A stretch of 62,783 nt of DNA, filler included, from Chiloscyllium plagiosum (lineage: Eukaryota), in assembly GCF_004010195.1 (NCBI RefSeq). It is 3 parts of one record of this genome, joined end to end, with 100 filler letters (N's around TTAATTAATTAA, not from the genome) between each part and the next. Parts side by side here need not be neighbours in the genome. Positions count along the whole stretch, not along the records: positions 1 to 23,918 come from NC_057717.1; 2 more parts are not named here. The stretch is one strand, 5' to 3'. The notes under the pieces are model-generated. The model worked only from the letters and a program-made list of their open reading frames with translations. It was not told where the DNA came from and ran no database searches. Every line of letters begins with the position of its first letter. The first letter of the stretch is position 1. Shown piece after piece: positions 11,050-24,018 of the stretch. The translations under genes and the position numbers were made by a program.

Positions 11050-13550
11050 AACAACAGCACTTTTAAAAAGGAGAGGAACAGACAAAGGCGGCACATGGTG
11101 AGGTCAGTGCTGGAGAGAGAGACAGAAAGAAGTCTGACACAGCTAACTGACACAGCAGTGTATCTGCGCAGTTACTGCCTTTGCTGTTTGAATTCATTTA
11201 TCACTGGATATCGGGGTGCATCTGCAAAAATTAACAAACAGTGAAATTCACAACTGGTCTTGGGGGAACCTATTTGGGAGAGGTCACAACACAGGAACAG
11301 AAAAGTGAATAGATTAAAGTGTGGCCTTGCGGCCTTACTGTACGTTTGCAATAGTGAACACAGTTGGTTCTTTCTTGATTTTTTATAGCAATGTCTCCTG
11401 ATTAAACTTAAAAAAACATAAGCTATAAGTATCAAGATAGCCTCGAGCAGTGTTTTGTAAAGAATAAGACGGTGCTACTTTCTGGGCCTCCAGATTGGAA
11501 GAAGCAAAAATGGCCCTCAGTAGAATGACCTGCTCTTCCTGTCGGATACGGGAGCTAAGAGAGAGTTTACATGTTACTGAGGGTTTGCTCTGCAATAAAT
11601 GCTGTTGGTTGTGAATCCTATCAGATCGAATTGAATGGTTGGAGCGACGGTTCGAGGCAATGAGGAATTTACAAAACAAAAGGGATGTGATGGATGGAAG
11701 TGAAAGGAAGGGAGAAAAGTCACATAAATGGATTAATTCTAGGAAAAGAAAGAGGTAGGCAAATAGTGCCAGAGTCTTCTGTGGCTATACCTATTTTATA
11801 CAGGTATGCTGTTTTGGAAAATGTAAGGAGTGATGGATTCTCAGGGGAACGTGGCACAATCAACCAAGTTTCTGGTATTGAGTGTGGCTCCAATGCAATG
11901 ATTGTACGTCGGGTTCCAAGAGATCGATTGTTTGAGGGCACTCTCTCGTCCGAGGTGCAGACAGAGGTTCCTGTGGCCAGCAGCGAAAAATCAGAATGGT
12001 GTGTTGCATCCCTGGTGCCAGGATCAATGATGCCTCAGAGAGGGTGCACAATGTTCTCACGTGGAAGAGGGGCCAGCAAGAAGTCATTATACACATTGAA
12101 ACCAACAGCAAATCATGGAAAATATTGAGATTCTGACGGGAGATTACAAAGTTGGCCAGGAATTTAAAAGGTAGGTCCGATAGAGCAGTAATATCTGGAT
12201 TGCTCCAGGTGCGACAAGCTAGTGAGGGCAGGAAGAGGAGGATAGAGCATTTGAATGCATGGCTGATGATCTGGTGTGTGGGCGAGAGATTCACATTTTT
12301 GGATCATTGAAATCTCTTTTGTGGTCAAATTGACCTGAACAAGAAGAATGGGTTGCACCTAAACTGAAAGGGGACTAATATACTGGCAGGGAAGTTTGCT
12401 AGCGCTGCTCGGGAGGATTTAATTTAGTAAGATGGGTCGATGGGACCCAGGGAGACAGTGAGAAAAGATCTGAGACTGGCACAGTTGAGTAAAGAAGCGA
12501 GTCAAACAATCAGGGCAGGCGGGAAAAAGCAGAGAACAAGATAGGACCGATACATTAAATTGCATTTATTTCAATGCAAGAGGCGTAACATGGAAGGTAG
12601 ATTAACTCAGGCCATCGTTCGGAACATAAAAAAATGGATATCATAAGCATGACAGAAACATAGCTCAGCGATGGACAGGACTGGCAGCTTAATGCTCCAG
12701 GTTACAATTGCAAAAAGAAGGACAGAAAGGGAGGCAAGAGAGGAGAAGTTGTGGCTTCTTTTGATCAGGAATATCATTACACTTGTACTGAGGAAGGATA
12801 GTCCCGGAAATACATCCAGGGAAGTTATTTGGGTGGAACTGGGAAATAAGAAAAGGATGGTAACCTTATTGGGATTGTATTAGGCACCCCTAAAGGTCAG
12901 AAGGAAATTGAAAAAAAAAACAAATATGTAAGGATATCTCAGCTAATTGTAAGAATAAAAGGATGGTTACGGCAGGGGTTTTAAATTTACAGACTTAAAC
13001 TTAGATTGCCATAGTGTTTACGATTTAGATGGAGAGGAATTTGTTAATTGTGTACGAGGACATTTTCTGATTCAGTATGTGCATGTACCTACAAGAGAAA
13101 GTGCAAAACCTGACATACGCTTAGGAAATAAGACAGGGCAAGTGTCTGAAGTGTCAGTAGGGGAGCACTTTGCGGCCAGAGACCATAATTCTATTAGTTT
13201 TAGAATAGTGATGGAAGAGGATAGACCAAAAATGTTTTAGACCAGGTCTAAAACATGAAAATTTAAATTGGAGTAAGGCCAATTTTGACGGAATTGGACA
13301 AGAATATTTAAAACCTGATTGGGAGCACATGTTCGATGTAAAGGGACGGCTGGAAAATGGGAAGACTTCAGAAATGAGATAACGAGATTCCAGAGAAATT
13401 ATATTCCAGTTCGGGTGAAATGAAAGGCTGGTACGTATAGGGAATACTGGATGATCAAAGGAATCTTCATAAATGTATAAAGGCAGTAGGAGTATACTTA
13501 AGAGGGAAATCAGGAAGGAGACACAAGATGGATTCGGCAAATAGAGTTAA
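11050..13550 (+). mobile_element. CR1 LINE 5' part: 5' UTR, ORF1 (zinc finger and esterase), endonuclease
   Basis: Relics MTCSSCRIRE, CCIPGAR, LHLN*KGTNIL, CIYFNARG and EVIWVELGNKKRMVTLLGLY; frameshifted. Confidence 0.9.
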
Positions 13551-13556
13551 GGAGAT

Positions 13557-13820
13557 TAGAACATAGAACATAGAACATAGAAGAATACAGCGCAGTACAG
13601 GCCCTTGGGCCCTCGATGTTGCGCCGATCCAAGCCCACCTAAACTACACTAACCCACTATCCTCCATATACCTATCCAATGCCCTCTTAAATGCCCATAA
13701 AGAGGGAGAGTCCACCACTGTTACTGGCAGGGCATTCCATGAACTAACGACTCGCTGAGTGAAGAACCTACCCCTAACATCAGTCCTATATCTACCCCCC
13801 CTTAATTTAAAGCTATGACT
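13557..13820 (-). mobile_element. 5'-truncated CR1 3' end
   Basis: (AACATAG)n tail then agcgcagtacaggccc..., same as 5100-5360. Confidence 0.9.
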
Positions 13821-14215
13821 TTAAATTAATCCCTGCCAGAGATAGTGTTGAGCTCAGTTTAAAGCAAGTACCAAGCCTGACACACTTGTTTAACATTGTT
13901 GGTGGCCATCGTTTCAGCTGCCAAAGTAAAGCTTTACTTTGTAACATTTCTTTTGTGAAGCAGTTTGAGATGGTTTATGACGTTAAAATGACTAAATAAG
14001 TGCAAGTTGAAGTAAAGTTACCTTTATACGAGCTTTAACTATCCTACTCCCATGATTGTGTGATGTTTCTGGTTTACCTTCCCCGTTGTAAGAGTGCAAA
14101 GCATGTTTACCAGTCATTCCTCATAATAGAGACACTGCCTCCGGCACCACTGGACCTGCTCTGTGACTTGGTGACTAGGACTGACTCCATTGACCCAAAT
14201 GCAAAGCAACAGCAC

Positions 14216-14524
14216 CAATTTATATATCTGTGGCACCTTCACCATACCATAATGCCCCAATTTATGTATCTGTGGCACCTTCACCATACCATAATGCCCC
14301 AATTTATGTATCTGTGGCACCTTCACCATACCATAATGCCCCAATTTATGTATCTGTGGCACCTTCACCATACCATAATGCCCCAATTTATGTATCTGTG
14401 GCACCTTCACCATACCATAATGCCCCAATTTATGTATCTGTGGCACCTTCACCATACCATAATGCCCCAATTTATGTATCTGTGGCACCTTCACCATACC
14501 ATAATGCCCCAATTTATGTATCTG
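14216..14524. repeat. 42-bp minisatellite, about 7.3 near-perfect units, running into an 885-N gap
   Basis: Unit caatttatgtatctgtggcaccttcaccataccataatgccc repeated head to tail. Confidence 0.97.
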
Positions 14525-15409
14525 NNNNNNNNNNNNNNNNNNNNNNNNNNNNNNNNNNNNNNNNNNNNNNNNNNNNNNNNNNNNNNNNNNNNNNNNNNNN
14601 NNNNNNNNNNNNNNNNNNNNNNNNNNNNNNNNNNNNNNNNNNNNNNNNNNNNNNNNNNNNNNNNNNNNNNNNNNNNNNNNNNNNNNNNNNNNNNNNNNNN
14701 NNNNNNNNNNNNNNNNNNNNNNNNNNNNNNNNNNNNNNNNNNNNNNNNNNNNNNNNNNNNNNNNNNNNNNNNNNNNNNNNNNNNNNNNNNNNNNNNNNNN
14801 NNNNNNNNNNNNNNNNNNNNNNNNNNNNNNNNNNNNNNNNNNNNNNNNNNNNNNNNNNNNNNNNNNNNNNNNNNNNNNNNNNNNNNNNNNNNNNNNNNNN
14901 NNNNNNNNNNNNNNNNNNNNNNNNNNNNNNNNNNNNNNNNNNNNNNNNNNNNNNNNNNNNNNNNNNNNNNNNNNNNNNNNNNNNNNNNNNNNNNNNNNNN
15001 NNNNNNNNNNNNNNNNNNNNNNNNNNNNNNNNNNNNNNNNNNNNNNNNNNNNNNNNNNNNNNNNNNNNNNNNNNNNNNNNNNNNNNNNNNNNNNNNNNNN
15101 NNNNNNNNNNNNNNNNNNNNNNNNNNNNNNNNNNNNNNNNNNNNNNNNNNNNNNNNNNNNNNNNNNNNNNNNNNNNNNNNNNNNNNNNNNNNNNNNNNNN
15201 NNNNNNNNNNNNNNNNNNNNNNNNNNNNNNNNNNNNNNNNNNNNNNNNNNNNNNNNNNNNNNNNNNNNNNNNNNNNNNNNNNNNNNNNNNNNNNNNNNNN
15301 NNNNNNNNNNNNNNNNNNNNNNNNNNNNNNNNNNNNNNNNNNNNNNNNNNNNNNNNNNNNNNNNNNNNNNNNNNNNNNNNNNNNNNNNNNNNNNNNNNNN
15401 NNNNNNNNN

Positions 15410-17162
15410 ATAGGGCCCCTCAAAGATCAGCAAGGCAGCCTTTGTGTGGAGCCGAAGGAAATGGGGAGGTACTAAACGAGTATTTTGCGTCGGCATTTAT
15501 TGTGGATAAGGACGTGGAAGATATAGAGTGCAGGGATGCAGATGGTGACATCTTTAAAAATGTCCATAATACAGAGGAGGAAGTGCTGGATGACTTGAAA
15601 CGCATAAAACTGGATAAATCTCCAGGACCTGATCAGGTGTAACCGCGAACTCTGTGGGAAGTTAGGAAAGTGATTGCTGGGCCTCTTGTTGCGATATTTA
15701 TGTCATCGATAGTCACAGGTGAGGTGCCAGAAGACTGGGAGTTGGCTAATATGTTGCCACTGTTTAAGAACGGTGGTAAGGACAAACTAGGGAACGATAG
15801 ACCGGTGAGACTGACGTCGGTGGTGTGCAAGATATTGGAGGGAAAAATGAGGGACAGGATGTGCATGTATTTGGAAAGGCACGGTCTGATTCGAGATGGT
15901 CAACAAGGCTTTGTGCGAGGGAAATTATATCTCAAAAACTTGATTTAGTTTTTTGAAGAAGTAACAAAGAGGATTGATGAGGGCAGAGCAGTAGACGTGA
16001 TCTATATGGACTTCAGGAAGGCGTTCGGCAAGGGCTCGCATGGGAGACTGATTAGTAAGATTAGATCTCATGGAATACAGGGAGAAGTAACCATTTGGAT
16101 ATAGAACTGGCTCAAATGTAGAATACAAAGGGTGGTGGTGGAGGGTTGTTTTCCAGATTGGAGGCCAGTGACCAGTGGAATGCCACAAGGATTATTGCTG
16201 GGTCCACTACTTTTCATCATTTTTATAAATGATTTGGATGTGAGCTTAAGAGGTCCATTTAGTAAGATGCAGATGACAACAAAATTGGAGGTGCAGTGGA
16301 CATCAAAGAAGGTTACGTCCGATTACACCGGGATATTGATCAAATGGGCTAAGAAGTGGCAGTGGAGTTTAATTTAGAAAAATGCGATTTTGCTGCATTT
16401 GGGGAAAGCAAGCCTTAACGTGACATATACGCTTAATGGTAAGGTCCTGGGGAATGCTGCTGAACCAAATGTCCTTGGAGGTCAGGTTCATAGCTCCTTG
16501 AAAGTGGAGTCGAAGGTTGATAGGATAGTGAAAAAGGTATTTGGTAGGCTTTTGCTTATTGGTCAGTGCATTGAGTACAGGAGTTGGGAGGTCATGTTGC
16601 AGCTGTTCAGAACATTGTTTAGGTCACTTTTGGAATATTGCGTGTAATTCTGTTTTCGTTCCTCTTGGAAGGATATTGTGAAATGGTTCAGAAAAGATTT
16701 ACAAGGATGTTGCCTGGGATGAAGAGATTGCGCGATAGGGAGAGGTTGAATACACTAGGGCTGTTTTCCTTGAAGCCACAGGCTGAGATGTGACGTCATA
16801 TAGGTTTATAAATTCATGAGGAGCATGGATAGGGTACATAGACAATGTCATTTCCCTGGGGTGGGGTAGACGTGATCTAGAGGGCAAAGGTTTAGGGTGA
16901 GTGGGGAAAGACAAAAAGGAGACCCAAGGTTAAACTTTTTCATGCAGAGGGTGGTGTGTGCGTGTATGGAATGAGCTGCCAGAGGAAGTGGTAGAGGCTG
17001 ATACAGTTTCAGCATTTACAAGGTATCTGTATGGGTATATGAATAGGAAGGTTTGGTGGGATATAGCGCGGGTGTTGGCAGGTTGGACTAGATTGGATTG
17101 GGATATCTGGTAACATGGACGAAGGGTCTCAGTCCATGCGGCACATCTCTATGACTCTATGA
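15410..17162 (+). mobile_element. CR1 LINE ORF2 RT and 3' end (possibly the continuation of 11050-13550)
   Basis: KSPGPDQV, EVPEDWELANMLPLFK, VDVIYMDFRKAF and GMPQGLLLGPLLFIIFINDLD; (ACTCTATG)n tail at about 17145-17162. Confidence 0.95.
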
Positions 17163-19490
17163 CTCAGACAGCTATTTACAGTTCCGTCCGGGTTATACTG
17201 CTCATGTCAATAACTCCAAGTTACAAAGTAAACTCAGACAGCTATTTGCAGTTCAGTGCAGGGTGTACTACTCATTTAAATAACTAATAACTACAGTGTA
17301 AAATCAGATATCTATTCCACTTCAGTACAGGGTATACTGCGCATGTCAAAAGCTACAAGCTGCAGGGTAAACTCAGACAGATATTTAAGTTCAGTACATG
17401 GTATACCGCTAATGTTAATAATTACAAACAAGTAAGCAAAATCAGAGAGCTATTTACAGTTCAGTACATGGTATACTGCTCATGTCAATAACGACAAACT
17501 GCTGGGTACATGCACACAGATACTCACATTTCTTTGCAGGATATACTGTCCATGTTAATAGCTAGAAAGTACAGTGTAAACTCAGGCAGCTGTTCACTGT
17601 TCAGTGCAGCTTACACTACTCATGTCAATAAGTACCAGCTACAGTGTAAACTCATGCAGCTACTTATAGTTCAATGCAGGGTGGATTGCACATGTTAATA
17701 ACTTCAATCTACAAGGTAAACACAGAGCAATTTTCAGTTCAGTGCAGGTTATACTGCTCATGTTAATAACCAAAAATTGCAGGGGAAACCCAGACAGCTA
17801 TTTACAGTTCAGCATAAGATATACTACTGATGTCAATAACAATAAACGTCAGGGTAAACTAAGGCAAGTATTTACATCTAATTGAAATGTTTACTGCCCA
17901 TGTTAATAACTAAAAAATTACAGGGTAAACTCAGACAACGATTTACAGTTCAATGCAGAATGTCCTATTCATTTGAATAACTAATGCGGACAGTGTAAAA
18001 TCAGACATCTATTTACACTTCAGTGCAGGTTACGTCACCCATGTCAATAACTTCATACTACAGGCTAAACTCAGAAAGCTATTTTCAATTCAGAACAGGC
18101 TATGCTGATCATGTCAATACCTACAAAGTATAAGGTAAACTCAAGACAGCTATTTACAGTTCAGTGCAGAGTATACTGCTCATGTCAAGAACTTCAAATT
18201 ACAGGACCAACTTGACAGGTATTTTAAATTCAGTGCAGGTTTCCTGCACATGTCAGAAAATACAAACTATAGGGTAAACTCAGAAAGTTATTTACAGTTC
18301 AGTGCAGGTTATACTACTCACTTCAACAACTAATAACTACAATGTAAAATTAGACATCTATTTACACTATAGTGTAGGGTAATCTGCTCATGTCAATAAC
18401 TATGAACTACAGTGTAAATTCAGATAGCTATTTACAGTTCACTGCAGGTTATATTGCTCATATCAATAATTAACTATTTACAGAGTAAAATCAATGAACT
18501 ATATCCAGTTCAGTGTATGGTATACTACTCATGTTAATAACTAAAAAGTACAGTGCATACTCAGACAGCTATTTATAGTTCAGCGCAGATTTCACTGCTC
18601 ATGTCAATAACTATATACTACAGGGTAACCTCAGACAGGTATTTACAGTTCAGTGCAGGGTATACTGCTCATGTCATACTACAGGGTAACCTCAGACAGA
18701 TATTTACAGTTCAGTGCAGATTACACTGCTCATGTCAATAAAAACAAAATACAGCTTATAATCAGAGATCTAGTTGCAGTCCAATGCAGTTCATCCTACT
18801 CCTGTCAATAACTACAAATTTTAGGGGAAACTCAGATAGGTAGCTATTGTTCCGAGCAGGATATACTGCTTAGTTTCTTAGCTACAAACTACATGGAAAA
18901 TCAGAGAGCTAGTTACAGTCCAGTGCAGGGAATACTGCTCATTTCAATAACTACAAACTACAGGCTAAACTCAGACAGAAATTTACAGCTCAGTGCAGAG
19001 TGTGCTACTCATGTCAATAACTGTATAAATATCTGAGTTTACACTGCAATTATTAGTTATTGACATGAGTAGCACACTCTGCGCTGAACTTTAAATTACT
19101 GTCTGAGGTTACCCTGTAGTTTGTAGTTATTGACATGGGCAATGTACCTTACACTGATCTGTAAATATCTCGCTGAGGTTATCCTGCAGTTTGTCGTTAT
19201 TGCTATGATCAGGTTAACACGCACTGAAATGTAAATAAATGACTCAGTTTATTCTACATTATTATAGTTCAGTGCAGGGTAAACTGATTATATCAATAAC
19301 TATAAACTAGAAGGTAACCTCAGTGAGCTGGTTACAAATCAGTGGATGGTGCATTATTCATGTCAATAACTACAAACTTCAGGGTAATCTCAGACAGTTT
19401 TTTTTTTCAGTCCAGTGCTGGTCATGCTGCTCCTCTCAATAACTACAAACAACAGCGTAAACCTCAACAGATATTGACAGTTAAGTGGAG
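17163..19490. repeat. 70-bp satellite array, about 33 diverged units, with an inverted block at about 19021-19262
   Basis: Consensus ctcagacagctatttacagttcagtgcagggtatactgctcatgtcaataactacaaactacagggtaaa; period 70 (ctcagaca at 17163 and 17233). Confidence 0.95.
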
Positions 19491-21612
19491 ATTATACTTG
19501 CCACCATCAATACAGCGGACAAAGGGGGTGCTGTGGTAGTTTGGTGCACTGACCTCTACACTACTGAATCCAGGCACCAACTCGAAGACATTTCCTCTTA
19601 CCGTCCCCTCGACCATGACCTCACGCCATCACCAAACCATTATTTCCCAGACCATATAGAACATCATCAGCTGAGGGCATCTCCCACCCACAGCTTCCAA
19701 CCTCATAGTTCGGGAAATCCCCACTTCCTGATTCTACCTCCTACCTAAGATCCACAAGCCTAACTACCCCAGCCGCATTATAGTCTCAGCCTGCTCCTGC
19801 ACCACTGAGCTCATCTGCATCTACCTCGATACTGTCCTATCCCCCTGGTCCAGGAACTCCCCACATACATTTGGGACACCACCTATGCCCTCCACCTCAC
19901 CCAAGACTTCCGTTTCCCCGGCCCCAAGGCCTCATCTTCATAGTGGACATCCAGTCCCTCTACACATCCACCTACCGAGGCCAGGGCCTCCAAGCCCTCC
20001 GTTTCTTCATCTCCCGATGTCCCCAACATTACTCCGACACTGCCACTCTAATTCGTTTGGCTGAACTGATACGCAAACTCAACAATTTCTCCTTCGAATT
20101 CTCCCTCTTCCTCCAGACCAAAGGTGTAGCCATGGAGCTAAGCTATGCCTGTCTCTTTGTTGGCTGCATAGAACAGTCCATCTTCCGGTGCCATACTGGT
20201 ACCAGTCCCCACCTTTTCCTCCGCTACTTTGATGACTACATCATCTCTACCTGGTACTCATGCGAGGAGGTCGAGCAGTTCATCAATTTCGCCAACACAT
20301 TGCACCTCCACCTAAAATTCACCTGGAGCATCTCGGACACTTTTTTTCCCATTCCTAGACCTTTCCATCTACATCTACGAGGACCAAATTAATACTGATA
20401 CTTTTTACAAGCCCATTGACTCCCACAGCTACTTGGATTACACATCCTCGCACCATACCTCATACAAAATTGCTATCCTGTATTCACAATTCCTCAGTCT
20501 TTGCTGCATCTGTTCCCAGTTCCATCACAGATCACACCAGATGGCCTCCTTCTTTTAAGACTGAAATTTGCCCTACCACATGGTTAACGATGCATCTCAT
20601 CCAGGTCCCACATCTTCGCTTTTGAAACCCACCGCTCCAACCCTAACAAGGGCAGAACCCCCCAGTCTTCACCTTCCACCCCACCAACCTACACATAAAT
20701 CGCATCAGCTGCCGACATATCTGCCACCTACAAATGCACCCCACCACCAGGGATATATGACCCTTCCTACCCCATCCGCTTTCCACAAATTCCTTCCCTC
20801 CACGTCCAGCTGGTCAGGTCCATGCCCCTTCCAACACATCCACACCGCCTGGCACCTTTTTCCTGCCACTGCAGAAATTGCAAAACCGACTGTCACACCT
20901 CCCCCTACCTCTGTAGAAGGCATCAAACTGGCGTTCCACATCCATCAAAGTTTCACCTGTGCTTTCACACGTCATTTATTGTAACCGTTGCTCCCGATGC
21001 GGTCTCCTCTCCATTGGGGATACTGGACGCCATCACGCAGCGTGCTTCACCGAACATCTCCGGGATACCCACACCAATCAATCCCACTGTCCTGTGGCTG
21101 AACATTTCAACCCATCCTCTCACTCTGCCGAGGACATGCAGATCCTGGGTCTCCTCTATCGCCACTCCCCCACCAAACTATGCCTGAAAGAAAAACCGCC
21201 TTATCTTCAACCTTGGAACACTTCAAATACAGGACATCAATGTGGACGTCACCAGTTTCCTATTTCCCCTTCCCCCACCTTACCCCTGTTCCAACCTTCC
21301 AGCTCAGCATCGTCCTCATGAACCGTCCCATCTGCCAATCATTCCCACCGATACTCTTCACCCTCCTCTCTAACCTATCACCTTTAACCCACCTCCGTCC
21401 ACCTATTGCACTCTCAGCTACCTTCTCCCTAGCCACACCCCACGCCATCCCCTTTGTCTTTCCACCCCCGAGGCTTCCAGCCTTATTCTTGAAGAAGTGA
21501 TCCAGACCGAAACGTCAATCTGTCTGCTCCTCGGACGCTGTCTGACCTGCTGTGCCTTCCCAGCAACATACTCTCAACTCTGATCTCCAGCATCTGCAGA
21601 CCTCACTGTCTC
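19490..21612 (+). mobile_element. Penelope-like element (RT, GIY-YIG endonuclease, terminal repeat), decayed
   Basis: ADKGGAVVVW, FYLLPKIHKPN, VDIQSLYTS, LQTKGVAM, LRYFDD and HVIYCNRCSRCGLLSIGDTGR; terminal tgaagaa...gaaacgtc. Confidence 0.95.
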
Positions 21613-21619
21613 CAAATAC

Positions 21620-22255
21620 TTGACTTATTCATTCCAGCTACAGAGACACCAGCACGTTCACATTTGGGAGAAGCTTTTCAGCTGCTCTCATGTTGGATAG
21701 AATTAAAACGTTCATCCAATCGGCTAACACGCCAACGTGTTCACAATGGAGAAAGACCATTTCCTTGCTCGATGTGTGGGAAGGGATTCAGTCAGTCATC
21801 CTCCAGACTGAGACACCAGCAAATTCACACTGGGTTGGGGGCTGGATATTGTTCACCTGCTTCCAGGGATTCATCCAGTCAGCCAGCCTACCGAGACCAC
21901 CATTGAGTTCACCCTGCGAAGAAACCAACACATCTGCTCTGTGTGTTAGAAAGAATTCAGTTAGGGATCCAACCTGAGGATACAAGTAGGAATTCACACT
22001 GGAGAGTGAAACCGTTCACTTGCTCCACGTGTGGGAAAGAATTCTCTCAGATAATCCACCTCTGAGTACAACGGTGACCTCCCACTGATAATACACCTTT
22101 CAACTGTTCTGTGTGTAGAAAGGGATTCAGTCAGTTTTTTTAACCTGCTACCACACCAGCGAATTCACACTGGAGAGAGACCATTTCCTGGCTGTGATTG
22201 TAGGAAAGCATTCACTTTGTCACCCAAACTGCTGTCATGCCAGCGAATTCATAAA
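21620..22255 (+). pseudogene. C2H2 zinc-finger array pseudogene (about 7 fingers)
   Basis: HNGERPFPCSMCGKGFSQSSSRLRHQQIHTG and repeated attcacactggagag linkers; stops and frameshifts. Confidence 0.9.
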
Positions 22256-23918
22256 TGGGCATAGTGTAGGGTTTTTATTTTCTTTTATTTACACCGAGTA
22301 ATTGAAAATGGTCTTTGGCAGTTAAAATGTTAACACAATTGTGTATCTGGAAGACCTGGTTTTAGAAATAATCAACATTGTGTTGTATACAGACACATTC
22401 TTATTGGGTAAAGGCAACGAACACGGATTGTCTGGTTCATTAGGATTGGTTAAACACCCAGGAGTTCATTGAGTAACTGCAGGAGTTGGATTTTGTAGCC
22501 ATTGACTTCCACTCCAATCTATGCATTCTTGGTTTATTTCTGATGATGTTTGGAAACACCATCAGTCTGGTTATCTTTTGGAGACAAAAACAATATTGAT
22601 CAGATTTCTGTTAAATACATGGCAAGCAAGTTAATATCATCTCTCAAAAGCAACTGACTTTCTTCTGAAAGGCTCTCTATCTCACTCTGAAATCAGGTTC
22701 TACATTTTATTTCTGGAAAGACGTTCAGGATTTCAATAAATCTAATCAGTTGAAGAAATTCTAGTCCAATCTTTTCTTCATCATTCACGAATGGTTTTGA
22801 AGTTCTAACTAAAGTTATTGATTGACTCGAAAGAGGGAATTTCCCTGTTTCCCTGATTTAGTCACTTCAAACCTTACGTTTTGTGAAAATCGCTTTTGTT
22901 CACTTTTAAACTTGCGTTGTTCTGGTCCAGCATTTCCAAATCTCGTGGATAAACCCATCAATCCTCTCTATCATCCCAATGAAACCGTTTGCATCCTTTC
23001 TGATGTTTTCATGTCTCAGTAAACCAGGTCCCCGAGCTTTCTAATATCTTGCTATCCAGGAAGCAGTATCTGTTCCCTTCCGAACCTCTGCACATGTTCT
23101 TGGTGGAGAATGAGGACAAGGATTACACACAATGCTCCCACTGAGAGTGACCTAAAGATTTTACAGTTACACAATGAACTCTTTGCTTTGTAAATATGAT
23201 TTCTCTATTTATAAACTCTAATTAGGTAAAGTATTATCTATCTAGATCATGAACATCGTATCCATGGAGATGAAATTATTCATCACGTCCTTAATTCTTC
23301 CATTGAATGTTCGAAAGGTTTGTAAGGCCAACATCTCTAATTCCCCGTGCCCTGAGTTAGTCTCAGCTATTTCTAAAGGCAACTGAAGTTCAAATACCTC
23401 ATAGTGGGTCTACAGTCATTCCAGTTCAGTCTGCTTCTGGACAGTAAGTACCATCACCAAAGGACACCGTGGATCAGAAAGCAATACTTTCCACATAGTA
23501 ATTGTCGTAGGTATTGTGCATCGTATTTCCGTATTCTTGCCCACTTTGTTTATCATTTCATGAGTCCCTGTATTGAGTTCAACTGAATGATTAATTTCTG
23601 AATATAGACAATCCCTTCTCCTCTTATTCGAAACTCCATGGAGCATTGAATAATTGTACACATATGCTTCCAAAGGACACTCCATTCATTGTTGGGATGA
23701 ATCAGTGAACATTCCCCACGTATCCTCGAAGGCAAGGATTTCCTTCTCCAGTTTAGGGGGTCATTACAGCACCGAACCCCATGCGTGTGTTCATTAAAAC
23801 CAAAATAGTTGCAACAAGACTTTCAGACTAAGATTTTGCAATCTGCTCGCATTGGCTGTCCCAAAAGTTACATTCCACGTTGTGGTATGTATATGGACGA
23901 TAGCATTTTCTGAATCTT

Positions 23919-24018
23919 NNNNNNNNNNNNNNNNNNNNNNNNNNNNNNNNNNNNNNNNNNNNTTAATTAATTAANNNNNNNNNNNNNNNNNNNNNNNNNN
24001 NNNNNNNNNNNNNNNNNN
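23919..24018. other. Artificial scaffold linker N44-TTAATTAATTAA-N44
   Basis: Exactly 100 nt with a six-frame-stop 12-mer in the centre; identical to 54875-54974. Confidence 0.95.

Noticed and set aside
14060..15642. Long ORFs of 310-471 aa (also 59511-60459)
   Set aside because: They are artifacts of N runs plus the minisatellite.
14216..19490. CRISPR-like reading of the 42-bp and 70-bp arrays
   Set aside because: Head-to-tail repeats without unique spacers, no cas genes, and a vertebrate context.
22262..22900. Possible solo LTR after the ZNF relic
   Set aside because: No TSD, PBS/PPT or second copy identified.
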